Of a stretch of 56,739 bases of DNA, positions 39,804-48,657 are shown one piece after another. Source of the DNA: an uncultured Clostridia bacterium (GTDB lineage Bacteria; Bacillota; Clostridia; TANB77; CAG-508); NCBI GenBank assembly GCA_947585105.1, contig CANPWV010000005.1:1-56739 (forward strand). The letters are read 5' to 3'. Below the pieces are notes generated by a model. That model was given only the letters and a program-made list of their open reading frames with translations. It ran no database searches and was not told the origin of the DNA. Each line of letters starts with the position of its first letter. Positions within the stretch are counted from its first letter, which is position 1. A program made the translations under genes and the position numbers.

Positions 39804-42316
39804 TTATATTTTTTTTAAATAAATTTGAGAACCTTGATATTTCTTTGAATGATCTTTCCAAAAATCTTTTTCAAAATAATTTTTAACTGATTTTAGTTTC
39901 AAAGTTTCTGTTATAAATTTTAAATTATCAGTTAAATTTTCATCTCCAAACAAATCCGCTAAAATTTTTTCCAAACTTTTATCTATTATTTTTAAATCTA
40001 CTTCATAACTATTTTTTTCATAGTTATGAGAAAAAGTCTTATAATCATATCTTTTTAAGCTACACCCGAACTAAATAGCTCAAGAAATCTTTTATAAATT
40101 CTTTTTTTTCAAAAGGCTTTATAGTCAAATCTCTATCATTTACTCTAAAATCAATCTCGTCTTCAACATCAAAAATTTTATTAAAAATTTTATTTAACTC
40201 TTCTTCATTTTTTCTCAAATTATTTCTCAAATCATTATAATATTTTTCAAAATTATTTAAAGATTCTTTCAAGTTTTTTCCTTTAAATCTTTCCATAATT
40301 ATAGGAGAAGCTTTAAATTCAAGACTTGTCTCGTAAAAACTCCATTCTTCTTTGCAAATCTCAATATTTCTTTTTACTAAATTATCTATTTTTTCTCTAA
40401 TCTTTTTGTCATCTATAATCTTAAATGGCAAGCTTGCAACATTTCCAACTTGAAAATTTACAGTTGGAGCTAAAATTGATAAAAATTTAAAAGCTACATT
40501 GCTACATAAATAGCCAATTACATAATATAAATCCTCTTCTTTCGGAAACATTGATGAGCCTGATACATCAAAAACATAGCCATAATCTTTAAATCTTACT
40601 CCAAAATTTTCAAAACCAAATAAAGACCATGTTATTCCCTTTTTAAAATAATATTTTCTAGATGGTAAGTGATTTCCCTGATTCAAAAGTTTTGAATAAT
40701 TTTCTTCATCAAATTTTATAACACTATCATAATTTCCATACCATTTTCTATATATTCCGCCTTTATTATATAGAGAATAAATTTTATTTGTCTTTTTAAA
40801 ATCATCATAAGACTTACAATTAAGCGCAATTTGAGAATATGGAACTTGGAACCAATATTTTATAAACTCTTTATTATTTCCTGTAGCAAGACCTTGTTTT
40901 GCTAAATAAAAATCATCTAGTCTTTTATTTTCTTTAAAGCAATTTCTAATTTTCTCTGAAATCCAATAAACAAAAGGTTCATTTGGAATCTCCAAAAATC
41001 TATTTTGATTTATATAATAATAATTTTTTTTATTTTTGAAGTTATCTATTTTTTCTTGAAAATTATAATATTCTGAAAGCCTTATAAAACAGCTATCTAA
41101 ATCAATTTTTTCTTTTTTAAATATAAAAGAAGTTGCAAGAGCATTAAATGAACTTAAATCTGAAAATGTAGCAGCTCCAGTATGAAGCATATTTATAAAT
41201 GTTCCACTATTTAAAAATTCATTTCTTAAATCTCTAAAACTAGAAATAAAAAGCCATGAATGAATTGTAATCATTGAAACATAGCCTTTTTCATCTGTAA
41301 AATCTAAACATCTTTCCATAAACGCTGAATACATTTCAGATTTTGTTTTTGGATAATTTTCTTTTAAAAAGTTACTTAATTTATTGTTAATATTTTTTTT
41401 ACCCATATATGGCGGATTTGTGCAAACAATATCATATTTTTGTTTTAACATTTCATATTGCTTTAAAAATTCATTTATATCTGAATTTGGACTTGGAAGT
41501 TTAATATCTGGAACTTTTAATAATGAGCCAAATTCATCTGAATCTTCAAAGATTCTAGCCAAATCACCATATTTTCTTTTATTCAATTTATTAGAATTTT
41601 TAATTGAAATAATATTTATATTATTTATATAATCTTCATTAAATATATTTTTATCAATAGTTGAAGCTTTTAGAATTAAAACTAATTTTGCAATTTTGCA
41701 AGCCGCCATATCAATATCAATTCCATAAAGATTTTTAGTTAAAATCTTAAAAATAGCTTCATTATTGCTAAAACCCTCATTTTTATAAGCCCTATAAAAC
41801 AGATCAAAAGCATATATTAAAATATTTCCAGTTCCACAGCAGGGATCTATAAATTTAATATCTTCTAAATTTTTATTTTCAATTATATCTTTATATTTAG
41901 ATGGAACATAGTATTCCAGCTCATTTTGGAGCTTTGTGAATCTTCCAAGACTATTTTCTACCAAATATTTTACAATCCAATCTGGCGTAAAAAGTTGAGT
42001 AGCATAAGGAATATCTTCTTTCTCAACTTTTATATTATTTTTTAAATTTTCAAAAACTCTTGATTTTTCATTTGAAATAAAATATTGATATAACCAGCCA
42101 ATTTCTTGAACTTCTTCAAATTTATTTTTGTAATTATCTAAGATTTTTAAATCTATATCATCATAAAAATCTAAAAATTCTCTAAGCCATAAATCTTGAT
42201 TAATTCCATGATTTTTCAAATATTTTGAACAAATCGAAAAAATAAATTTATTTATATTTCCGCTTAAATTCTATATTTAATTCATAAGCAATTTTCTTTA
42301 AGATACTTTTATTCAT
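39804..42316 (-). CDS. PglX-like (BREX-type / Eco57I-like) N6-adenine DNA methyltransferase, apparently 3'-truncated; two +1 CGG sites
   Basis: ATG at 42316 follows SD GGGGAG (MNKSILKKIAYELNIEFK). CGG 42262-42260 gives -GNINKFIFSICSKYLKNHGINQDLW... The NPPY motif is TNPPYMGKK, and ATQLFTPDWIVKYLVENSLGR is present. CGG 40068-40066 gives ...FLSYLV-GCSLKRYDY...YFEKDFWKDHSKKYQGSQIYLKKI*. By my recollection, PglX homologues continue about 150-200 aa further. Confidence 0.75.
40066..40068 (-). other. In-frame CGG / +1 recoding site
   Basis: TTA GTT CGG GTG TAG; +1 gives ..SYLV-GCSLKRYDY.. Confidence 0.82.
42260..42262 (-). other. In-frame CGG / +1 recoding site
   Basis: TTT AAG CGG AAA; +1 gives ..IEFK-GNINKFIFS.. 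Confidence 0.8.
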
Positions 42317-42462
42317 AAAAACTCCCCTATAGAATATAGATGGATTTTATCATACTTTTATTATTTTTTCCACTATTGATTTAATTTTATTTTATAAAAT
42401 TTCACATTTATTTCAATTTATGTTATAATCTTAATATAATATAAGCAAAGGAGGAAATTACT

Positions 42463-42609
42463 ATGAATATTGAAGAAATTGTCACTTTCACATCAAGGAT
42501 TTTCAAAAAAACTATTAGAGATAAAGCAAAAAATGTTAGAAGAATTATGGGAAAAGCAAAATGAAAATCAATCAAAAGAAGAAAAAACTTCAGATTTAGA
42601 AGGTAGATA
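42463..42609 (+). CDS. Possible small ORF, frame ambiguous
   Basis: A strong SD AAAGGAGGAAA lies 7 nt before the ATG at 42463, giving a 33-aa frame ending at 42564. An overlapping TTG frame gives ...LLEIKQKMLEELWEKQNENQSKEEKTSDLEGR ending at 42609. An A7 run lies between them. Confidence 0.25.
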
Positions 42610-42682
42610 AAAAATAAAAATATTTTTTAAATTTGCTTGCATATTATAAAAAAAAACTGTATAATAGAAAAGTAGATTTTGT

Positions 42683-42757
42683 AGGGGTGTCGTCCAACGG
42701 TTAAGATAGAAGTCTCCAAAACTTTTGATGAGGGTTCGATTCCTTCCACCCCTGCCA
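42683..42757 (+). tRNA. tRNA-Trp: tRNA-Trp (anticodon CCA)
   Basis: Cloverleaf folded by hand. Acceptor AGGGGTG/CACCCCT, anticodon stem GAAGT/ACTTT, normal 7-nt loop CTCCAAA, T-arm GAGGG-TTCGATT-CCTTC, encoded CCA. Confidence 0.92.
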
Positions 42758-42762
42758 TTCGA

Positions 42763-42789
42763 AGAACGGTAATACCGTTCTTTTTTTGT
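42763..42789 (+). terminator. Rho-independent terminator after tRNA-Trp
   Basis: AGAACGGT-aat-ACCGTTCT followed by TTTTTTT. Confidence 0.85.
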
Positions 42790-42834
42790 TTTTCAAAGAA
42801 CAGAGTGGAAGAAATCGAAAAGGAGGTTCATTTC

Positions 42835-43418
42835 ATGACTAAAAAATTTATTTACTATTACATTTTAATAATTTTATTTCTAATTTTTATTTGCTCAATT
42901 TTCTTTTCTCAAACTGATTATTCTTTTGGCGATTCCGAATTTTCCCCATCCTCATCCTTCCACTATAATCCATCTTCTAAATATTCATGGCCAGTTTTTG
43001 GATATTATTCAATTTCTTCATATTTTGGAAAAAGAAATTCTCCAACAAGTGGTGCTTCTTCATATCATCAGCGGAATTGATATTCCTGCTCCAACAAACA
43101 CAAATATCTATTCTATTATGAATGGAACTGTGACATATACTGGTTTTTATGGTGCTGATGGATTTACAATAATTATAAAAAATAATAATTTTGAAGTAAT
43201 GTATTGTCACGTTTCTCCAAATTTTATCGTAAGAAAAAATCAAAAAATTCTTCAAAATCAAAAGATTGGAACTGTAGGTCCAATGTATGTTGATTCTCCT
43301 GAAAATACTAAATATTTTAAAAATCGGAAAAAAGACAAATGGTGCTTTAACAGGTCCTCATCTTCATATAACAATAAAAAAAGACGGCATAGCCGTCAAT
43401 CCTTTAGATTTTCTATAA
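42835..43418 (+). CDS. M23-family metallopeptidase; two +1 CGG sites
   Basis: ATG at 42835 follows SD AAGGAGG. CGG 43072-43074 gives ...SSYHQ-GIDIPAP, the HxxxD motif. CGG 43325-43327 gives ...KYFKN-GKKTNGALTGPHLHITIKKDGIAVNPLDFL*, containing the HxH motif. Confidence 0.88.
43072..43074 (+). other. In-frame CGG / +1 recoding site, within M23 HxxxD
   Basis: CAT CAG CGG AAT TGA; +1 gives ..YHQ-GIDIPAP.. Confidence 0.9.
43325..43327 (+). other. In-frame CGG / +1 recoding site
   Basis: AAA AAT CGG AAA; +1 gives ..YFKN-GKKTNGALTGPHLHI.. Confidence 0.88.
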
Positions 43419-43422
43419 AGTT

Positions 43423-43791
43423 TTACATATCATCTTCAAACTCGCCCCAATCGAGTTCTATTAAATTATTGCATTTTGGACAAATAACCTCATGATTTTC
43501 ATCATTGTATTCTACATCAAATTCAAAATTGCAATAAGGACAAGAGATTGTTTCACTAACTACTTTAAGATCTAAACTTTCACTTTCTTCTAATAATTTC
43601 TTTTCTAAATCAGAAAGTCTCGATTCAAAAGAAGAAATTTTAAAATTATAATTATCATTAAGTTTAGTTAATTCATCAATGTAACAAATAGCTAAATCTG
43701 AAATCGCAGATTTAGCTAAATTAAAATCTCTTTTGCTCTCGATATTCTCTTCAAGTTTGCTTAGAATTTCATTATACTTTTTACTAATCAA
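43423..43791 (-). CDS. Coiled-coil plus C4 zinc-ribbon protein, function unknown
   Basis: 122 aa with CPYC...CPKC near the C-terminus. Confidence 0.75.
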   Translation of the reverse strand: MISKKYNEILSKLEENIESKRDFNLAKSAISDLAICYIDELTKLNDNYNFKISSFESRLSDLEKKLLEESESLDLKVVSETISCPYCNFEFDVEYNDENHEVICPKCNNLIELDWGEFEDDM

Positions 43792-43810
43792 TGAAGAACC
43801 CCCTTCATAA

Positions 43811-43853
43811 AAATTTCGAGTAACTTTTGCGAAGCAAAAGTTTCACGAAATTT
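43811..43853 (-). terminator. Long hairpin after efp
   Basis: AAATTTCGAGTAACTTTTGC-gaa-GCAAAAGTTTCACGAAATTT with a 3-nt internal mismatch. Confidence 0.6.
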
Positions 43854-43861
43854 TACATTCC

Positions 43862-44428
43862 TTATATCCTTTCCATATATTGACCAGTTCTTGTATCTAT
43901 TCTAATTTTATCTCCAATTTCCACAAATAGTGGGACTGATATTTCTAATCCGTTTTCTAAAGTTGCTGGTTTTCCTGATGTTGTTGTAGTATTTCCACTA
44001 AATCCAGGTTCTGTATAAGTTACTTCTAATTCTACAAACATTGGTGGTTCAACTGCAAATACATTTCCTTTAAATGAAAGAATTGTAACATTCATATTTT
44101 CTTTAATATATTTTAAAGCATCACCTATTTGACTCTCATTTAATGGAATTTGGTCATATGTAGTATTATCCATAAAATAATATAATGTTCCATCATTATA
44201 TAAATATTGCATATCTTTCTTTTCAATTTCAGCACCTTGTAATTTTTCAGAAGGATTGAAAGTTCTTTCAATAACAGCTCCTGTAATTACATTTTTCATT
44301 TTTACTCTAACAAAAGCTGCTCCTTTTCCTGGTTTAACATGTTGAAATTCAACAACTCTAAATACGTTATTGTCTAATTCGAATGTTGTTCCGTTTCTTA
44401 AATCTCCGGCCATATATACATCTGCCAT
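43862..44428 (-). CDS. efp: Elongation factor P
   Basis: 188 aa with [21 protein letters not shown] and the typical three-domain length. Confidence 0.97.
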   Translation of the reverse strand: MADVYMAGDLRNGTTFELDNNVFRVVEFQHVKPGKGAAFVRVKMKNVITGAVIERTFNPSEKLQGAEIEKKDMQYLYNDGTLYYFMDNTTYDQIPLNESQIGDALKYIKENMNVTILSFKGNVFAVEPPMFVELEVTYTEPGFSGNTTTTSGKPATLENGLEISVPLFVEIGDKIRIDTRTGQYMERI

Positions 44429-44472
44429 AATATTTTACCCCTTTTCTATAAATTTATTCTTTTCTTTTTAAT

Positions 44473-45543
44473 TTATTCGTGTATTATAATAACATTTTTT
44501 GCTGATTTTGTCAAACTATTTGAACCATCTTTTGTAATTAATATAGTATCTTCAATTCTAATTCCAAATTTTCCAGGAATATATACACCAGGTTCAACAG
44601 TAAGTAACATATTCTTTTTTAACTTTGTCTCATAACGAGTAGACAAAACTGGTTCTTCATGAACATCTAATCCTAGATTATGACCAAATGAATGAAGAAG
44701 TTCATAATTTTTTTCTTTATAATGGCTTTCAGATTCTTTTAAAACATCTTTTATATTTAAATCATCTCTCAAGCTTTTAGAAATAAAATTATATTCTTTC
44801 AAAACAAAGTTATAAACTTTCTCTTCTTCTTCAGTTATTCCTCCAATGAATAAAACCCTTGAAAAATCTGAACAATAGCCATTTACTTTACAACCAAAAT
44901 CAAATTGAACAATATCTTTTGATTCTATTTTTCTATCAGTTGGAACCGCGTGAGGCATCGAAGAATTTGGTCCAGAAGCCACAATAGTTTCAAAAGCAAT
45001 TCCGTTCCCCACCATTTATTCTCATATATCTTTCAAGCTCTATTGCGATTTCTTTTTCAGTTTGCCCGAGGTTTTATAAATTCTTTAATATGTTCAAAAG
45101 CCTTATCTGTAATTAAACAAGCTTTACTACAGTTTTCAATCTCTTCTTCATCTTTTACAAATCTATTAGTTTCAATTAATCCATCTGTTTCAACAAGATT
45201 TGAAATTCTATATGTAGCAAGATATTTTTTATAAAGTGAATATGTAACAAAACCCTCTTCAAATCCAACATTTTCGCAATCATTAAAATATGATTCATAA
45301 TCTAGTTTTCCTAAATTTGAAATATCAAACGCTACTATTTCTTGATCAATTGTCAAAAATGAATTAACAGCTTCAATATATCTTGAATCTGTTAAAAATA
45401 TATTTTCTTCTGGAGTTAAAAGAAGTGTTCCGTTCAGCAGTTAAACCAGTTAAATATCTGATGTTTATAGGATTTGAAACAATCATTCCATTTATACCTT
45501 TAGCAATCATCTGATTCCTTAAACTTCTTATTTTAGAATTCAT
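44473..45543 (-). CDS. Xaa-Pro aminopeptidase/dipeptidase (M24B); three +1 CGG sites
   Basis: ATG at 45543 follows SD GGAGGA. CGG 45432-45430 gives ...GLTAE-GTLLLTPEE... CGG 45068-45066 gives ...EFIKP-GQTEKEIA... CGG 45004-45002 gives ...RINGGE-GIAFETIVASGPNS... This joins four track ORFs. HNLGLDVHE and VEPGVYIPG motifs are present. Confidence 0.9.
45002..45004 (-). other. In-frame CGG / +1 recoding site
   Basis: GGG GAA CGG AAT; +1 gives ..INGGE-GIAFETIVASG.. Confidence 0.9.
45066..45068 (-). other. In-frame CGG / +1 recoding site
   Basis: AAA CCT CGG GCA; +1 gives ..FIKP-GQTEKEIA.. Confidence 0.88.
45430..45432 (-). other. In-frame CGG / +1 recoding site
   Basis: GCT GAA CGG AAC; +1 gives ..LTAE-GTLLLTPEE.. 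Confidence 0.88.
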
Positions 45544-45544
45544 A

Positions 45545-46316
45545 TTATAGTCCTCCAATTATTTTTCCACTTATCATTTTGCAAAAACTTACAAAACTCT
45601 TTAGTACAAATCCATTTTCTGCAAACATTACAACAAATGAAGCTATTACTAAAAATGGTCCAAAAGGAATATATTCATCATCTTGTTTTTTAATTTTTCT
45701 ATATATTACGACTATTATACAAATTATAGCTGCAATAAAGAAGCTTAGTAAACTTATTTCACATGTTTTCATGACGCCAAAATATAAACCGAACTGCTCC
45801 CATGAATTTCACATCGCCAAGTCCCATCGCTTCTTTTCCAGCAATTAAGCCTCCAATTAATGTGATTGCTAAGAATATTCCACCACCTGTTAAACAGCCA
45901 AGTAACATATCTTTAGCAATAGAAATTTTCGAAATTCCATATATAAAAGTAAAAATAATTCCAATTTCAAACATTGTCATATTTAATCTATTAGGAATTA
46001 TTCTGTGTTTTAAATCTATTAGAAAACTACTTACAAGCATAGGTGTCAAAACCAAGAATTTAATTAAATCTAGCCATTTTAAAAATGTATGTGGAACTCC
46101 TACAAAATATAAAAGTAATATGTACAAAAAAGCCATTTCAAACATTATTATATATTGAGATTTAAAAACCTCTTTTCTATGTTTCCAAAACTCTACAATA
46201 CTAAGATTTTTCTCTTCTATATAAAAATCATTTGCCCATGAAGTAAATTTTCCAACACCTAGTCCTACTAATCCAATAATTAAATAATAAACTACCCATA
46301 CATCATTTATATACAT
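45545..46316 (-). CDS. Prepilin (type IV leader) peptidase, A24 family; one +1 CGG site
   Basis: Polytopic membrane protein. CGG 45791-45789 gives ...GLGDVKFMGAV-GLYFGVMKTCE..., joining ORFs 45759..46316 and 45545..45772. Confidence 0.87.
45789..45791 (-). other. In-frame CGG / +1 recoding site
   Basis: GCA GTT CGG TTT; +1 gives ..MGAV-GLYFGVM.. Confidence 0.88.
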
Positions 46317-46320
46317 TATT

Positions 46321-46828
46321 TTAATTTGCCTTTCTTTCTGATTTTTTTAGATATCTTTTTATTAGCCAAGACTCCATAGGTCTTTTCCATTTAGTGTACC
46401 AAAAATCTCTTGGATCAACTGGCTTTACAAGAATTGATTTCATATTACATCTATTAGCACCTATCACATCTGTAAAAATTTGATCACCTACAGATGCAAT
46501 TTCATTTTCTTTTAAACCGTAATTTTTCTTTTGCTCTTAAAAAACCTTTTTTTGAAGGTTTTCTAGCAAAACTAATATATTCAATTCCTAAGTCATTTGC
46601 AACTTTTGATACTTTCTCAATCTTGTTTGTATTAGAAACAATTATAGTTTTAACACCAGATGAAACAATCGCTTGATGCCAAGCGACCGCTCCATCTAGC
46701 ATTTTTTTATCTATATCAATTAAAGTATTATCAATATCTAAAATTAGACCTTTTATGTTATTTTTATCACAAAATTCAGGAGTTATTTCTAGTACGCTAT
46801 CTAAATAAAAATCTGGATATATATTCAT
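46321..46828 (-). CDS. yqeG: YqeG-family HAD phosphatase; one +1 CGG site
   Basis: LILDIDNTL is HAD motif I. CGG 46519-46517 gives ...AKEKL-GLKENEIASVGDQIFTDVIGANR...ILVKPV... Confidence 0.87.
46517..46519 (-). other. In-frame CGG / +1 recoding site
   Basis: AAA TTA CGG TTT; +1 gives ..KEKL-GLKENEIASVGDQ.. Confidence 0.88.
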
Positions 46829-46897
46829 TTTTCATTCCTCATAAATCACATTTTAGTACTATTAATATTATCAATATATTTGGTTTTTGTCAATGAA

Positions 46898-47588
46898 CTA
46901 TTTACAAAATATATGCTTTCCAATTGTAACAACCTGAGGTCTACTCCAAATCCATTTAGATGTGGCAGTAGCTGGATTAAAGTAATATATACAACCGAGA
47001 AGTTGGATCCCAGCCATTTAAAGCATCTTGAGCCGCTTTTCTTGCTGTTGAATCAGGAGTAAGATTTATTTGCCCGTCTGAAACTGCATCAAATGAACCT
47101 GATTGATAGATTACTCCAGAAATTGTATTTGGAAAAGATGAACTTGCAACTCTATTTAAAACAACAGCTGCAACTGCAACTTGCCCTTTATATGGTTCTC
47201 CTCTGGCTTCAGCGTAAACTATTCTACTTAGCAAATTTAAATTACTAGAATTACTTGAGCTATTATTTGAATTAGAAGTAGAATTTATCCCCATAGCGCT
47301 CAAAGTCTTTGGACCTGCTATTCCGTCAACTTTTAAACCATTTTTAGATTGGAATTTTTTAACAGCTGATAATGTTTTTGAACCATAAATTCCATCGATA
47401 TTTCCTGTATAATATCCCCAATTTTTTAGCTTTTTCTGGATTTGAGTAACTTCGTTTCCTGTTGATCCATATTTAGATAAGGCAATAGTTTCTCTCAAAT
47501 TTAAGAAAAATAATCCTATAAAAATTATTGCCATTATAATTAATAAAATATATGTTTTTTTCTTCATTTTTTTATTTTCCTTTTTCAA
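46898..47588 (-). CDS. sleB: SleB-like spore-cortex/cell-wall hydrolase with a PG-binding domain; one +1 CGG site
   Basis: Signal anchor, PG_binding_1 (GIYGSKTLSAVKKFQSKNGLKVDGIAGPKT) and hydrolase_2 (VYAEARGEPYKGQVAVAAVVLNR). CGG 46997-46995 gives ...WDPTS-GCIYYFNPATATSKWIWSRPQVVTIGKHIFCK*. Confidence 0.87.
46995..46997 (-). other. In-frame CGG / +1 recoding site
   Basis: ACT TCT CGG TTG; +1 gives ..DPTS-GCIYYFNPATA.. Confidence 0.88.
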
Positions 47589-47759
47589 TAAATTTTTTAT
47601 TATTTTTTACCAAATTTTTTTAAATTATACATCGTAACATTTTTGTAATATTTGTTACAAAAATAAAATATTTTTTTTGATAAATTTATCAATTTTCTAT
47701 TGAAAAAAAAATTTATTATTATTATAATTGGTTTATAGAATTGAAAGGATTTGAAATAT

Positions 47760-48599
47760 ATGGAATTTACTAATGAAATCTTTTTTAATAAACCACTAAA
47801 AGCTGAAAGTACAGTAATAATTTCTTACTGTGGACAATTATACAGAGAACATTCAAAAGATGTCTCAATTGTATATGGTTATGGAGAAAATTGGGATTAT
47901 ACTGATAGCGCTCCTATGGTTGAAACAGAAAATGGTTTTGAAGTAACTTTAACATTAAGAGATTATGATATTTTCAACTTCTGTTTTACAAATAGTTTTA
48001 ATATATGGGACAATAATTTTGGAAATAACTATATAGCTTCTATTGCTCCAAAAGATGATATTGAAGCTACTTTCTCATCACTTCTAGATTCTTTATTAGA
48101 TGATTCAAAAAAAGATGAAGAAATTGATGTTTCTGAATTATCTGGATTTGGTTTACAATCTGTTGATAATATTGAGGAAGAAGATATAGTTAATTGTGAC
48201 GAAATATTCTCTGAATTATTTGATGAATTAACAAAAGATGACAATTCAAATGTTCAAACAATAGAAGAATCTGAAGAAAAAGAAACTGTTCAAGAATTTT
48301 CTCAAGAAAACGCTGAAGTAAAAGAAAATGAATTTGAAGAACTAGATGATTTAATGAATAATTTATTATTATCAATTGAAGAAGATTCTGATAAAGTCGA
48401 AGATATAACACCAATTGAACAAAGTGAAAATTTAGAGAATTCTGGTTTACCATTAGTTCAAGAAAAAGAAGATTGGCTTGATAAATTTATTAATGTATCT
48501 TATAATTTTACAAAAAAAGTTATTACAGCTTGTAAGAAATTTGGAACATTAGTAAAAATAAAAGCTAAAGAATATGGCTTCATTTCTGATCGTAAATAA
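47760..48599 (+). CDS. Protein with an N-terminal CBM25/26-like carbohydrate-binding module and an acidic C-terminal region
   Basis: ATG at 47760 follows GAAAGGA. Sequence includes ...VYGYGENWDYT...FNIWDNNFGNNY..., then a Glu/Asp-rich linker. Confidence 0.7.
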   Translation: MEFTNEIFFNKPLKAESTVIISYCGQLYREHSKDVSIVYGYGENWDYTDSAPMVETENGFEVTLTLRDYDIFNFCFTNSFNIWDNNFGNNYIASIAPKDDIEATFSSLLDSLLDDSKKDEEIDVSELSGFGLQSVDNIEEEDIVNCDEIFSELFDELTKDDNSNVQTIEESEEKETVQEFSQENAEVKENEFEELDDLMNNLLLSIEEDSDKVEDITPIEQSENLENSGLPLVQEKEDWLDKFINVSYNFTKKVITACKKFGTLVKIKAKEYGFISDRK

Positions 48600-48612
48600 A
48601 TTAAAAAATATT

Positions 48613-48642
48613 ATAAGACTTAAGTCTAAACTTAAGTCTTAT
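48613..48642. terminator. Bidirectional hairpin terminator
   Basis: ATAAGACTTAAGT-ctaa-ACTTAAGTCTTAT. Confidence 0.8.
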
Positions 48643-48657
48643 TTTTATCTATAAACT

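Noticed and set aside
39804-42316. A complete BREX or restriction-modification defence system.
   Set aside because: Only the methyltransferase-like gene is present. The flanks are corC and tRNA-Trp.
42683-42757. The only tRNA in the window as the special CGG/CGGN decoder.
   Set aside because: It folds as an ordinary tRNA-Trp with a 7-nt anticodon loop CTCCAAA (anticodon CCA). Nothing about it suggests 4-base decoding.
42926-43495. Track ORFs 42926..43495 (+) and 42977..43261 (-) as separate genes.
   Set aside because: The plus-strand ORF is the middle frame of the M23 peptidase and runs past the true stop in the wrong frame. The minus-strand ORF is an antisense shadow.
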